Source: Octopus vulgaris
Lineage: Eukaryota
Length of the DNA stretch: 64,000 bases
Direction of reading: 5' to 3'
Assembly: GCA_951406725.2 (NCBI GenBank)
Contig: OX597818.1
Coordinates: forward strand, 6,696,001 to 6,760,000
The notes beneath the pieces were generated by a model. It ran no database searches. It was given only the letters and a program-made list of their open reading frames with translations, and had not been told where the DNA came from. Made by a program: the position numbers and the translations under genes. This document shows, in pieces, positions 40,864 to 54,864 of the stretch. Every line of letters begins with the position of its first letter. Position 1 is the stretch's first letter.

Positions 40864-41439
40864 TTATATTTATATATAGATACAGACACACACACACACA
40901 CACATATATATAAATTAACCCAATAAATATCTGATTCATAATATTTGTTCTCATGGTTGTGTGGTGGTACTGGTTGTGGTGGCGATAATAAAACTCTTTA
41001 TGAATGCAGACAGACGTAAAGAAAGAGAGAGAAAGAGAGAGAGAGAGAGTGATAGGGGGAGGAGATGAGGGAAAGAGTGACAGCGCTGGCGAAGGCGGCG
41101 GGGAAAGATAGTAGTATTTATCAAACATCCTTATAGAGAGAAAGTGATTGGAAGGGAGGAAACTGAGAGAGAGACAGAGGAAGACATGCAGATAAGAGAA
41201 TGAGAGGAGACTTGTCAAAGTGTGCGCTTTTTGCCCTAGTAACCACACCTTTTAAGATAGGGATTTCTAACCTAGTCCACTGACATCCTCACCTAACTGT
41301 ACATGTCCCTGTTAATTTTAGAGTCAATCCCACGGGATCTAGTGCCCTTTAACTCGTTCCAATGTCAAAACCAGACAAACAAACTTTTCGCATTTTAGAT
41401 TTATATATATATATATATATTCTTTTTTTTCTTCTTTGA

Positions 41440-41831
41440 CTTCTTTTACTTGTTTCAGTCATTTGACTGCGGCCATGCTGGAGCACCGCCTTTAATCGAG
41501 CAACTCGACCCCGGGACTTATTCTTTGTAAGCCCAGTACTTATTCTATCGGTCTCTTTTTTGCCGAACCGCTAAGTGACGGGGACGTAAACACACCAGCA
41601 TCGGTTGTCAAGCGATGCTACGGGGACAAACACACACACAAACACACACATATATACATACATATATACGACAGGCTTCTTTCAGTTTCCGTCTACCAAA
41701 TCCACTCACAAGGCATTGGTCGGCCCGGGGCTATAGCAGAAGACACTTGCCCAAGATGCCACGCAGTGGGACTGAACCCGGAACCATGTGGTTGGTTAGC
41801 AAGCTACTTACCACACAGCCACTCCTGCGCC
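41440..41831 (-). mobile_element. tRNA-derived SINE family A, full length
   Basis: Head GGCGCAGGAGTGGCTGTGTGGTAAG, B box GGTTCAGTCCC, internal TA/TG microsatellite, tail GACTGAAACAAGTAAAAG. Confidence 0.9.
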
Positions 41832-42048
41832 TATATATAAATATGCGTACGCATGTATGTACGCATATGTGTGTGCTTGTGTGTGTTTATATGTAGATTA
41901 TTGTTACGTTCACTGTTTCTGTAATGGATATAAGACCGCAGATGTTATAACTGTGGATGCACATTCATATAACTTAGGTTACATTCATATGTGTCTCATT
42001 GCTTTAAACGGCATGGTGAGATTGCAAATGATTTTGACTGCTAAATCT

Positions 42049-43511
42049 AGTTACTAACCGAAATAAGATTGTTGAGGAAAATTGACAATAGGATCCCTGG
42101 AAGGGGTCTTTATATATATCTAATACGTTATATTAATAGTCAAGGGAAATAACCCATTCGACCAGATTTTAACAGCCAATGGAAACAACCCATTCATTTT
42201 CCTAAATCATTTGGTATAAATAAAATTGAATATGTTTATTTCTTAGTATTTGAACTGTTAGAGTTATTTTCGTTGGTTTGAGAAACTGCGTGTGAGTTTT
42301 GAATCAGAACCTCGATTATTGTTTTGTTTTACTCATTATATGTAATGATAATTTTTTAGAAATTACACTATGCATATTAGATTTACGTTCTTGAACATTA
42401 AAATTGTGTGATCAGACTGACAATATTACTTCACTGTAAGTATCAAATATAAGAGCACCACCAAGTACTTAGAAATACAAGCTCACGCACAAATACACAC
42501 ACACACACACACACAAATCATTTGCACTATTTAGCCATTGACTTTGATATGCTAACTTTTATTATCTACCTGTTTGTTACTATTTTGAACCGATATCTTA
42601 CTCAGATAAGTGCAGTTAAAATATGTTATATTTGTAATTGGCATTTCTAGCGACTTGTATATACACCCCAACGGCAGTTATATCACTACATGATCGAATT
42701 CTTTTTGCACCAGCAAAAATAATCTATCACATCCGAAACCTTTCAGCTTACAAATCAGCAATGTCATACTACTTCCAATGATTTTCATTGTACTGGCTAA
42801 TCAGATACTTTGATGTGCCTGTAACATGATATGCAATCTATTAACATATATTTGTTTTAAAAATTCGTATTGTCGAAAGTGCATGAATAGGAGAGATTGT
42901 CCTTGAAAACCAAGAGCAACTTTGTGTGATATTCGAAGTTATTTAAAATCCGTTCCATAATTGTCATATTGATTTTAATTGTATATTATTATAAAGCTTA
43001 TAAAGTACATTTCTTTGACTGATTAATCCACTTAGTGATATTGGTTCTCAGATTACACTATCTGGTATAAGTTATAATATGCCTAATTTACTACATATGG
43101 GAAATTCTGTCTGTTGGTATGTTTGTGGAGTTGTTAGCTAACTCCTCCTACATCGTTTTATCGATTTTGATGAAACTTACTTTACACGTCAGTAGAATTC
43201 ATGTCTGGAAACCTCGTGGCATACTCAGATTGTTGAGGAAAATTGACAATAGGATCCCTGGAAGGGGTCTTTATATATATCTAATACGTTATATTAATAG
43301 TCAAGGGAAATAACCCATTCGACCAGATTTTAACAGCCAATGGAAACAACCCATTCATTTTCCTAAATCATTTGGTATAAATAAAATTGAATATGTTTAT
43401 TTCTTAGTATTTGAACTGTTAGAGTTATTTTCGCAATTTATCAACTACAACCATTAAACAAGTAAATAGTATTTTCCTATACAATAGATCCACTTATTTC
43501 GGTTAGTAACT
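42049..43511. repeat. unit with 19 bp terminal inverted repeats and 207 bp direct repeats
   Basis: AGTTACTAACCGAAATAAG (42049-42067) / CTTATTTCGGTTAGTAACT (43493-43511); 42066-42272 appears identical to 43227-43433. Confidence 0.85.
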
Positions 43512-44269
43512 TATTCACGAATATACCAACACTAGCTCCGCTGAGGGTAATATTCTCTGGGAACGCACAAAATCACTTTTCAGAGTTATTTACTTTGAAT
43601 TGTTATCCCGTATCTGATTAACCTGTTATTACGTGATATGTTTCACGATTTTAGCATATGTAACTTATTATTTCCTCCTCAGTTCTTTATGCTCTGGGAA
43701 TACAATTAAGTCCTTTTCGGGGATACTTTATTAGAATCTTTGCTATCGAGTAACTGATTTCATGTTATTACATAATTGACTACATAATTTGTGTATTCCT
43801 AAATCATTGGGAATTCCTAAAAAGAAGATCATGTGTAAGACGGTTCGGTATTCTCTGTAAATGCACAAAACTCATTTTAAGGGCTACATACTTTGTATTG
43901 TTGTTACTTGACTAGGGGAAACAATTATGAGAACGGAACCAAGGGATAAGCCCCGCTTTCTCAGGAATTACCGGGTACGGCATGTAGTGTTATATAAATC
44001 TGTGTGTATATCTGTCTGTATGCATGTATGTGTGCGCATATGTTTACAGATGTGTTTATGTCATGTATAGTTGAGAGAATGTAGAATCTAAGTTTGAAAA
44101 GTGAAAATATTCTGCGGATGACACGGAATAATCAGAGATGCCGATGGATATATCAGCAGAGCAGTGATGGCATGCAATGGGGGCGATCATTACAAACAGA
44201 TGCTACTCGGGTTTTTGGTAAGGCTGTCGGTCAAATGTTCTCTGTTCTGTCTGATTGAAAGTGAGTTAT

Positions 44270-44730
44270 TGAATTGGAACTTTTAAATAGTAAATGACAT
44301 TAGTAGAAGTGTATCTGAAAGTATCAGTTATATGGGAAGTATGGTTGTTGGATCTGCTGAGGTGGGTGATGCTGGAGATGGAAGATGGTTGTTGCCTCAA
44401 AGGGGATGATGGATTCATAGAACAGATAGGCGTTCTGAAGGAGCTGTGGGTTGGAGTCTTTGTGGTAAATGCTACAGTGTGATAGGACTCGAAATGCGCG
44501 TGTGATATCCGATGGAGAATGGTGATTAGTGTGAGAAAAATAAAGATATTTGTTGGCATGTTTAGCGCATAGGAAGGTGATGGATGTGTACAGGTGGTGC
44601 AGACTAACGTGGGGGTAAACATGGGAGGGAGTGTTTGATGGGGATGGATTTTCAAGAGATGAACTCGAGGTAAAAATGAGTCGATGGGCTTATAAAAGTT
44701 GGAAGTAATAAGGGACAGCAAAGGCAGATT
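44270..44730 (-). mobile_element. possible Penelope-like RT remnant
   Basis: LITSNFYKPIDS..YLEFIS..KSIP resembles the YxKPTD..YL..S..HP..SIP motif; very degenerate. Confidence 0.4.
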
Positions 44731-47469
44731 GTTGCTTTAAAATGTCAAAGTTCACCGCTGTAGGATAGATGTATATTGTTTTTATTCTGTTGATTCAAGC
44801 CACTTTTATAGTGATATTTGTTGCGAAATAATCGATAAGGAGGTGAATTTCAATGATGATGGTCGTAATGATCAAAGTGATGAGGGTGGTGGTGGTGGTG
44901 GTGGGGATGATGATGATGATAATGATGATGATGACAGTAATAATAGGGACAGGGAGAACACGAATACGAAGAACAAGACAGACGATAAAATGAGTGATCG
45001 AAGAAATTTAAAATACGGTTGTTTTATTGTTTCTTTAGTAGATGTCACGATGACATTAAGCAATAAAACAAGACAGTATTGTTTAATATAACACTTAAGA
45101 ATTTCTAAGGCCACACATCTCTATATTAACTTTAATTACTAATTAGCTAATAATGCTAGTATCATGTCATTGTGTTACAATCCGTTGGGTATTACTACGA
45201 CTGCAAATATGATGTTTTTAACTAGCTTGATGGATCGATAGGTTAATGTCGAAGGCAGATTTATTACTGTGCCAAGTATTTCGACTTCACAGTTATATTT
45301 CCGTACTGCCACCTTTTCTGTTTATGTTGAGCTGATGTGATCTTCTCACCCATACATTTTAATAAAGTAGCGCTAATTTAGAGTAGGGTTAAAGGGTTAT
45401 CGTCCGTCAGTGGTGCACAGGGTTTTAATTAAATGTTACAATTATAGGAGACACACAACTCTGTATCAGAGTTATTGAAATACCAGATACCTGGTACTAG
45501 ACCCAAAAGATCGAATCATGTTGAAATAGAATATGTTTCTCATTATAGATAGATATAGATAAGTAACTGTGGAGATAGATTCAGTGTTGATCACGCTATT
45601 AGATTACTTAATTGAAATGTTTATTAATTATAAAATACATATTGTATAAACTAAATGGGCTTCTCATTGCGACTTCAATTTTGTTACTAATATTTCATAT
45701 CTGAGCAAATATTCTTTATGAAACAATGATAAACCAGCACTGATATGTTATGTGATCAACTAGTGAAAATGATCTTACACTACAAATGTCATCCATGCAT
45801 TTTATGGACCACTAACAGTTTCATTGCATGTAATAATATGTTTTGTTATCTTATAAAAATATTGTATTTAATAAAATATTGTCTTTCAAACATTCTGGTA
45901 ATTTCTAAATATATTATGGCCAAATCATTTTAAGTTAAGCTGAGACAAGATTTTCAATCATCCAACAGGCCCCAATTCAATTCACATTCATTGATACAAA
46001 AAAGAATTGATAAAGAAAAAAAGTGTTTTTCGTAATACATTTATACCTTTCTCAGAATTCAATGGATTGCATAGTCTAGGAACCTACTTAAAACAGCTTT
46101 GTCCGTTTTCATTATCTACTGAATTAATGTCTTCAATTTGTTACTTTCCTGTAAATGTGAAGCAACTCTATACATTCGTTGCAAATTTCTCTAAAACCAC
46201 AAATTATCGAGTATAGCATGTATGAAAAAGTAGTAATCATGTTTATAGTTGGAATGCTTTTAATTTAAATATACTCAACGATTACTGGCTTGAAACTAAA
46301 CATAACAAAAATACTAAAACTAATAGCATCATACTGTAGCAAACCATCTGTGCCAGATGCATAATGAAAGTTTCTTTTTCACTTTCTCTCAGTTTACTTC
46401 ATGTAGCTAATTCTTGTTTCATTGTTTCTGGATCATAATTCTATCGATTGTCCGTCAAATAATTTGAGAACAAAGAAGGTCACTATATTAACGCTAGCGA
46501 TTCAGATTACTACTGCTACTGGAAGTCTAGAAATAGAGTTTCGTTTTGCTTAAATGCTTGGCAGATGTTCTTGTCACAATAAATTCAACTTGTTTCAAGC
46601 AACATTAAACCAGTTATTGAAATATATCTGGATTTAGTGTTACATGTTAGGATTAAGTAAGGATTCGTATTATATTTATGCTAAACATTCTTTTCAACGT
46701 TATTTCAAGAGCTCAAAGGCAATTTGAATAGCACAATATTTTATTTGCTTAAACATTTCATGAATCAATAGTGAAGTAAGAATGAATAACAATGATGAGA
46801 TAATAAATGCCTTAAATAATTCTTCAATATTATACTTAATGCGCATAATTGGTTATACGTACGATGCTATTGTTGCTATGACACAGTGCAATAACACTAC
46901 ATCGATGAACGCTGGATCGGAACTAACTTAAACATGTTCAAGTCTGAGTAATTTGTAGCACACTTCATAATGCTAGTGGTAATAACTCGTGGCCTTGTTT
47001 ATAGGTATATACCAACAATATGCAGATGATAGCAAGGCTTTTGTTATCATTGTGGTTGCATGATTTTGAAACATGACATTTTCTATTTAATTGGTGATCT
47101 CAGTCCGTTACATGGAATTACTGGACAATCATCTTTCAATTAAGCAAATATATTTCATATCAATTTCTTCAAAGACAGTTAATCACCTGAACTAATCTTG
47201 TTTCATTCTAATAAATCACATCTTGTGACTTCGCTTCTATATTTGTTATATTATATTCAGCTTTAGCTTTCTCTGCTCTAAAACATCTTTCAAAGTACAT
47301 TTCTTGGTATGTGAAAACATTCCAATGGATATAACATATCTAATTACATTTTCATGTTATAGAAATGAATAGTCGAATCGAAAATACATTAATGTCAATC
47401 AGAAAAAAAAAGCAACAATCAAACTCAGGTTCGGAAGAAATTTCAGTTGCATGTTTGACGTGATCACTT

Positions 47470-48525
47470 TGGATGTACGTTTTTAAAACTTACAGTAGAT
47501 TAACCATTAATGTTAACATCCTATCATTTTTTGCTTGTTTTGTTTTTTACTTTGTACAATACAAATTTAGAGCAGACCCATAACATACATTGTATACTGC
47601 ATAGATTGAAGAGGAGTCCCTCAGCAATGAAAGCGGTAGGAACTGCTCGTTCTCTCTATGGAAATGAAGGTTTGACCAGTTACGTTTGGGTAATTTCTAA
47701 TTCGCAGTTTCCCCTTCCATTTGGATGTGTATATTGTGGCAACATTGATATTTTGAAAACCGTATTTGAGGAAAATCGAAAGCAAGCTACACAAGAATTT
47801 ACAAGACAGTTTAATTCAAGTCATATTTCAATCATAATAAAGTCTTGCTTTGGGAAAAGTAAGGTGAGTTGGTTTCTTCTCAGCTTAATGCTTTTATCCT
47901 CGTTGTTGAAGAATAGACTTACTAGCGAACATATCCTAGGTAGAATAATCACAAGTGATGAAACATGATTTGTCTATAATCATATCCAACGAAAACGGCT
48001 ATGGTTAGCCCCAAATGAAAATGGAGAATCCATCTCCAGACCCTGATAAAGTTGTGCTCTGTATTTTATGAGACATGAAAGGCGTTGTCTATCATGAAAT
48101 GTTAACAAGATTCTACGCATTAGTAAAAGTGTTCATGAGGAGAATTATTGTCATCAGTTCGAAGCAATGCACAAAATTTGCAAAACAAAAAGCACCCATC
48201 ATGGACCAATCGTAGATGCACGGCTATGTATTGGATATGTCAACCAGAAAAAAAGATTGTGGTGCTAAGTATATCCGTTCTGCCCTATCCGCCTTACTCT
48301 TCTGCCCTTGTCCCATCTATTATTTTTTCAGAGGATTGCTACATTATTTCTTGGTAACACAGTTTATTAATTGTGAACGTGTCCAAAAGGGTTTATTTGA
48401 CTGATGTGACATTCAACAATATCCATGTTGATGAACTGGAGTTAAGCATAAAGTCGCAAATGTTTCTCTTCACCGAACAAAAATAGGTTGTATACACTAA
48501 AATTACTTAGTTGGACCAGACTTAG
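47470..48525 (+). mobile_element. old degenerate mariner
   Basis: LGRIITSDET; KVVLC..DMKGVVYHEML; LPYPPYSSALVPS; ends not resolved. Confidence 0.7.
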
Positions 48526-48997
48526 CTATCGTATTTCAGAATTGTTTAGCAGTGGGTCTGCTATTGCACATGCTTCGATACCACACTAAAACCATACTAA
48601 CGAGAAGCATAGTCATGTTTAATAATAATAATCTTTACAAACAGTGAAAAGCAATGCAAATGGTAGAGATATCAATGTTTTTTCATGGTTTGATGGGACA
48701 GACGTTTCGAACAAAATCTAGCAGTGCATGATGTTGACTTGGTATTGATCTCTCGCTCTGTGAACATCAATCTCATCATGAAAAAGTTCCACAAATTAAT
48801 GGTTCAATGAGTGAGGTATACACGGTGATTGTGATAAAGTACATAAGTGTCTTTATCCACAGTTGACATTTGTAGATAACCCTGTAAAATATTACCTGTT
48901 TTGGATATATAGTTTTTGATAGAAGATATTACAACCAACAGAATACCGAAACAATACAAACTCCACTCACATTTTGATAGATATACCGGAAACTCAC

Positions 48998-49127
48998 CTG
49001 TAATTTCGAAAGGCTTTGATATGTTAGAAAGTGCCAAAATTAATAACCATGTCGTAGTTCCCACTGTGAGTGAAGAAAGTATCACTATTATGCCGTACTC
49101 AAGAACAGGAACGACACGTTCAATCAT
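48998..49127 (-). CDS. candidate first coding exon (hydrophobic signal/TM segment) of an unknown host gene
   Basis: MIERVVPVLEYGIIVILSSLTVGTTTWLLILALSNISKPFEIT followed by consensus donor CAG|GTGAGT, phase 1; lies in non-repetitive sequence. Confidence 0.25.
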
Positions 49128-49639
49128 GTTTCGTATAAAGTTGTCTCGCAATACAAAAACAAATATGATAGAATCAAGGTGTATAGAAGTTTGAAGAAAA
49201 AGTTTCGATAATCTCCTAAAATTGTTGTCGATGGAGTAATGTTTGTGTGTGTGTGTGTTGCCAGAGACACGCTCCTTCGCAAACGAACAGCTATTATTTT
49301 GTAAACAATGTTTCGAAAATAGGTGTATGTATGTATATGTTTGTGTGTGTGTTGCCCATATATATATATATATACTTAGTTGTGATCTGAACATAACCGC
49401 TTCTCACAGAGAGGATCGGGGGCCCTTTTGGGCGTTCTATTTTCTTTGCTGGAAGGGTTCCCAAACCATGGGCAAAGGGGTGTTACATGATGGGTGGTGT
49501 TTTCAAAAGGGTTGGCATATGCAACCTGATCACCTCTTCTGATCAAACTGCCAACCCATGCGCTCCCGTCGCGACACTGATTCTGCAGAACTGGGTTGGG
49601 TACGAAAACCAGCTTTAAAGTATAAATATAGATGTTTTT

Positions 49640-50113
49640 GAATTAGCAATATTGTGTTCGGTTAAGTCCTATTTGTAGTGAAAAATCAATAAACTGATTC
49701 CTCATCGGGTTTTCTATTTACTCAGGATAAAAAAAAATCGACAAACCGATTCCTTATAGGACTTCCCACTAAAATTGGCTACACCCCATTCTCAACCACA
49801 ACTTTTACCAATTTTTATGTATTTTGTTCAAACTTGATGCCAGCATTACTTAGAACTCGTGGGATCTTTGAATGCTTTAAGTTCTCCAAAAACGAAAACG
49901 AAAATCGATGAGTTGAAAAAAAACGATAAACCGATTCCTTATGGGATCTCCCAATCAAATTGTCAGCAACTCATTTTCAACCAAAATTTTACCAATTTCA
50001 ACGAATTTCACACAAATTTGATGTCGATGTTACTTAGTTTGGTTTGAAATAAAGAGCTTGGTTAGCTTAATAATCCTAACTTAATCCCGAGAAAAACCGG
50101 GCTATACTGCTAG
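49640..50113 (+). mobile_element. non-autonomous Helitron 3' portion
   Basis: Ends CCCGAGAAAAACCGGG-CTATACTG-CTAG|T like the autonomous copy; internal AAAC.GATTCCT motif three times; 5' end not located. Confidence 0.7.
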
Positions 50114-50369
50114 TATTTACATAAACGCCAATAATAATAGATCAAAATCTAGCTTCCCTACAACTGGAAACTGAGAGACGTCTTATGACCCTTTTTAAAT
50201 GCAACCAATTTCTCATCTCTAGTAGAACGAAGACTGTTAAAACCATTTTGTCTGTGCCTCAACTTCGTATGTAAATCATCGAAATTTTTATAGTTAATTC
50301 TATTACCAGTATGGTCCTACATAGTAACATTTTAAAGGTGGCAAAACGTATATTGATTATATATATTCA

Positions 50370-50590
50370 TTCTTTATTGCCCACTGGGGGCAAACACAAT
50401 AAAAATAGAGGGGACAAACACAATAAAAAAAGGGATTAAGTCGATTACATCGACCCTAGTGCGTGACTGGTACTTACTTAATCGAAAGGAAAAGTCAACC
50501 TCGATGGAATTTGAACTCAGAGCGTGACGGCAGACGAAATACTACTAAGCATTTCACCCGGCGTACTAACTATTCTGCTAGCTCGCTTCC
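50370..50590 (-). mobile_element. SINE family B copy
   Basis: Reverse complement GAGCTAGCAGAATAGTTAGTACGCCGGGTGAAATGCTTAG..CTGAGTTCAAATTCC. Confidence 0.75.
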
Positions 50591-51506
50591 CTGTAAGTTA
50601 TTATATATGTAATTGCATTAGTTATCTTCCTAAATATTCCGAATTTAATATCTTCCTAACTTTAAATATTCAGGGTTCAAATTTTGCGATTAGTTGCGGC
50701 CGTATTTATAATGAATCTATTCATAATATTCAATTAAATAATTTATAATTACATCTAAAGTAATATCGCCAATAAGATACAAACAAGTGTCTATAAAATG
50801 CCAGTTTACCAGCAACATGAACCATTCAAAATGCAGATCAATTTAAAACAATTTATAAAATATTGATTCATTTTCTAATTCTATTTTCCATTATTACAAG
50901 AATCCAGCATCTTCCTCATTAAACTTCACATATAAATTAATCTCCGTAACTTTGTTAAATTCACGTTATTTTGTCTATTAAACTATTAATATGTAGGTAA
51001 CGTGTTAATACATTCTATTTTTGTATTGGACATAAAAAGCGTCAATTGGGATCATCTTTGAAGGTTTTTTTCTGTTTTGTAGATGAGCTCATGATTCCAA
51101 ATATCTAGTAAAAATGGCTAGGTTTCCTAATTACTTCCAAAATTCGTTACTCGTTAAGACGTTTCGATTTTAAGCTTAAATAATTCTACTTTAATGATAT
51201 CTGAATGAAATAGAAACTGAGTAAACCACGTTTTGTTGAATAACGTCAGCATGCGTCGGGTGCTATATATTGCGAGAAGGAAACTAATACTAAACAGAAA
51301 CTTTAGGGGAACAAAGAAGACATCATTTTGAGAGTGGCTGAATTCTGAGGTATGAGAGTATTATAAACCGTTTGTGGGCAAAGAATGAATTATGGAAATT
51401 GCCTCAAGTGATACTGTAACCAGACCTGTTAATTGTCTTGAAGTATATTAATTCTTCATAGATTTCGCAAGATAACTAAAACAAACAAAATATAACACGT
51501 GGATAC

Positions 51507-51650
51507 GAAAGTGAGCAAGCAAACGACTTCTTAGTTACCATTATTAAGAAACAGTGATATCAGTATTAGATAAAGCATCAGCTTTATCTAGTACTGATAT
51601 CACTGTTTCTTAATAATGGTAACTAAGAAGTCGTTTGCTTGCTCACTTTC
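51507..51650. repeat. near-perfect 144 bp palindrome (70 bp arms, 4 nt loop)
   Basis: GAAAGTGAGCAAGC..GATAAAGC-ATCA-GCTTTATC..GCTTGCTCACTTTC; single T/G mismatch. Confidence 0.95.
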
Positions 51651-51814
51651 TTCTATTTTATTATTTTACCATTTTTATGCATGTTTTTCTTCAGCAAAAC
51701 TCATAGAAAGGAAAATATTTTGGCTGCCATTCATATACTACACAAAAGTATTCATTAAGGCGGACATATTTTTATGGTAATTATTATTCGTGTTAATGAA
51801 GTTGAAGTTCGTAG

Positions 51815-54800
51815 TTTTCTTGATGATCTCTGACAACTACATCCGGCCTATTGGCCTTAATATCTCCGTCCGTGTGTATTGCAGTATCCCAGAGTATGGC
51901 TGCTGTCTCATTTTCTGTGACCTTTTCTGGCGTGTGCCTATACCATGTATGTCTCTTTTTTTATTCCATAATGTTAGCATAGCTTCCAGTGTATATAGAT
52001 CTCGACTCTGTCATGTCTGTAAACATATTACTTCTTAGCCAGGACTAGGCAGCCAGAGACAATCTCATGTTTTGCTCCTTTTCATTACATGTTTTTTATA
52101 CATTCTGGTGAGAAGGCTTTGGTCTTGTGCTGCAATTAAAAAAATTCTACAGTCTCCGCTTTGAATCCTGAGCTTCTCAACCATTGTTGGGGTTTTGCTT
52201 TATCTATTTCTTTTCTATTTAGTTTAACCCAGTATTTGCCACGAAGAGGCTTTTCTTGCCATCGTTTTATCATGATCTGTTGCTGTTCCAGTTTTAGTTT
52301 AGGACTTCAGTTGTTTTACAGATTTTGTTGTTTCTTCTTTTCGTTCATAGTTGTTAGGTACTATGACTTCTTTCTTTTGTTCTTGTCAGCTTCCTTAAAA
52401 ACTGAAAACAGTATTTTTGTTTTGTTCGTGTTTCGTGGCTATTTTGTATTTGAGTTGATACATATTATCTTGTTTTACACATTGAGCTCTGTTTTCAATA
52501 TTAATCTAACTTGTCTATAGTATTCTTTTCTAATCTTCTCTTTCTTTTGTGTGTGTTGTATCGTCTCTAATTCATTGATTCCTAAGTATTTGTATGTCTA
52601 GCTTTGGTCTAATTTTCTTATTTCATTTGCTTTATCTAGTGGGATGTTGCTACTCTTAACTAGTTTTCCTCTTTTCTAGTTTGCTTTGATTAATTTTTAT
52701 AAGCTAAATTTCATGTTTATTTCTTTGGTAAGTCCATGTAATGTCTGTAGTAATGTTTCCAGCTGATTATCATTTGTAGCATACAATTTTAGATTATCCA
52801 TATATGAGAGGTTTCGAAGTAATAGTTGTATCCAAATCCGCTTTTGTTTAGCATGTCAGATAAAGCTGTCAGTGCCGACCAGAAAATCAGTGTAGAGAGT
52901 GTAGCTCGCTGGAATATTCCTGTTCTAATGGGATGGCTTTGGTTTTTATGAGTCCTTCCTTTGTCTGGATCTGTAGCACTGTCTGCCAGTTATTCGTTGA
53001 ACGTTTTATGTATTTTATGATTATTGGTGCTACCTTGTTCCTGGCTAGTGTTTCTAGGATCCATGTCTGGGGAATACTATCAAAAGCCTTTCGATAATCG
53101 ATCCAGGCCATACGTAGACCCTTTCTCTCATGCGTCTGTCTTCAGTTATGGCTTAATTCATCAGAAGCTGATGTTTACAACCGTATGCATCACTTCTGCT
53201 CTTCTGGAAACAGGTTTTCTTTCAGATGCTTGCTCATTCTCTGTGATGTTATTGCTGTAAAGACTTTGTAAATTGTAGGGAGGCAAGTTATCGGTCTGTA
53301 ATTTTGTGTGTTTGCCGTTTCAGGGGATTTAGGAATTAGGATAGTTTTCCCTTTTGTGAGCCATCCAGGCACTGTCATTGGCTCTGCTAGTATTTCATTA
53401 AATTTCTCAACCAGCTTTTTACGTGTTCCTGTTAGACATTTTAACCAGACTTTGAGAATCTTTTCGTGTTTGATTGCCTTTTATTTGCTTAGATTTTTCA
53501 GTGCCTCTTTGAACTCTTCAGTTGTCATAGGGGTCCAGAGTTGTTTAGAAGCCGAGTTCGTTGTCTTGATCGACATTTTCTGAGGTTGTTCCCTCGCTGA
53601 CCATATTTCTTTCTATAATTCTTCCACTTCTTCTGCTGCTGGTATATTTTATTTTTGTAATTTATTTTTGACAAGTTCTTTGTAGAAACTTTTGGGGTTA
53701 AAGTTGAACTGTTTGTTTTGTTCAAAGAAACATTGGAGTTCCTCATACCGGCGAATTGTTTGTGCTTTCGCGAGGGTATTTTGCTTTATCAGTTCTGTAC
53801 CTTAGGTATACTATGTTTTGTGATTTTGTATTTACATAGTATTTTGTTCTCTTCTGATTGCTTAGTAGTGTTGATTGTGTACTAGTTTCAATACGGCTTG
53901 ACAGATCCTTTCTCTTATCTGTGTTTTTTTCTGGATATTATTTATCCACAGGGTTTATTTGGGTAATGATACTCCTGTTTCGATGAGTTGAGTTTGTGAG
54001 GGTATTTAGCTTCTTTTGTGGCCAGAGAGACTGTTACATATATTATATCCTTTAACCTAGTCATATTGACATTTGTTTTTTTGGCGATTAGTTCTATGAA
54101 GAACAGGTTAATGTTATTTATTATTGATGTTGTTTCATTATCAATTTTAATTTTTGGGAGGAACAGTCGGTCGTCCATACTGAGATCTGTGACTTTCAGT
54201 TCTTTGATTATGCTCATTTTTAGAGTTACATAATCATTAGTTTTACCTTTACTCTTTCTAGGTTTTAGATTTGTTTCGTATTCCCTTCCATTTATATTTC
54301 TGTCTGTGGTGTTCTGATTTGGTGCAATTTGCTCATCATCATACATTCCTACGGTCTGGCTTTGTTGTCTTTCGTTGTTTACTTCGTTTTTGTTAGACAT
54401 GTTACGTTTGTCTTCGTATTTTATAGTCCCAATGCTTATAATATCATGTGGCATTGCTGTGTGGTTACTATCTACATTTTCCTGATGTATATTTCCTTTT
54501 AAGTATTCTATTTCTATTTCGGAGATGTTTTCTTGAGAATATATCTCCGTATATTAGCTGGTTTATTAGGGTTCATAACTGTATCCAAATATTTATCTAG
54601 GTTATTTTTCTTCCAGATTTTATATCTATATGTTGTTGTATTTTCGTTCTCTGGGTAGAGCATTGCTGTAAAATAGGTGTGTAGGATTGAAATATATTTC
54701 TTACGTATCCATTTATGCTTCTTTTGATTTTATTTCTGGGACGTCAGGAATAACGTCTGGTTCTTTATGTTGCTAGACATCATTTTCGTAGGGTACCGGT

Positions 54801-54836
54801 CCGTTTATTTCTGGTGTTAAATGGTTTTACACGTGA
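51815..54836 (-). mobile_element. R4/Dong-clade RLE retrotransposon, degenerate (copy 2)
   Basis: MAWIDYRKAFDSIP, GWLTKGKTILIPK, YRPITCLPTIYK; colinear with copy 1 from about 7357; more diverged. Confidence 0.88.
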
Positions 54837-54864
54837 ATTTCTTCTTATTATTTTTATTTCTTTT

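Noticed and set aside
42066-43433. LTR retrotransposon or TRIM
   Set aside because: Repeats lack TG..CA ends; no PBS, PPT or TSD seen
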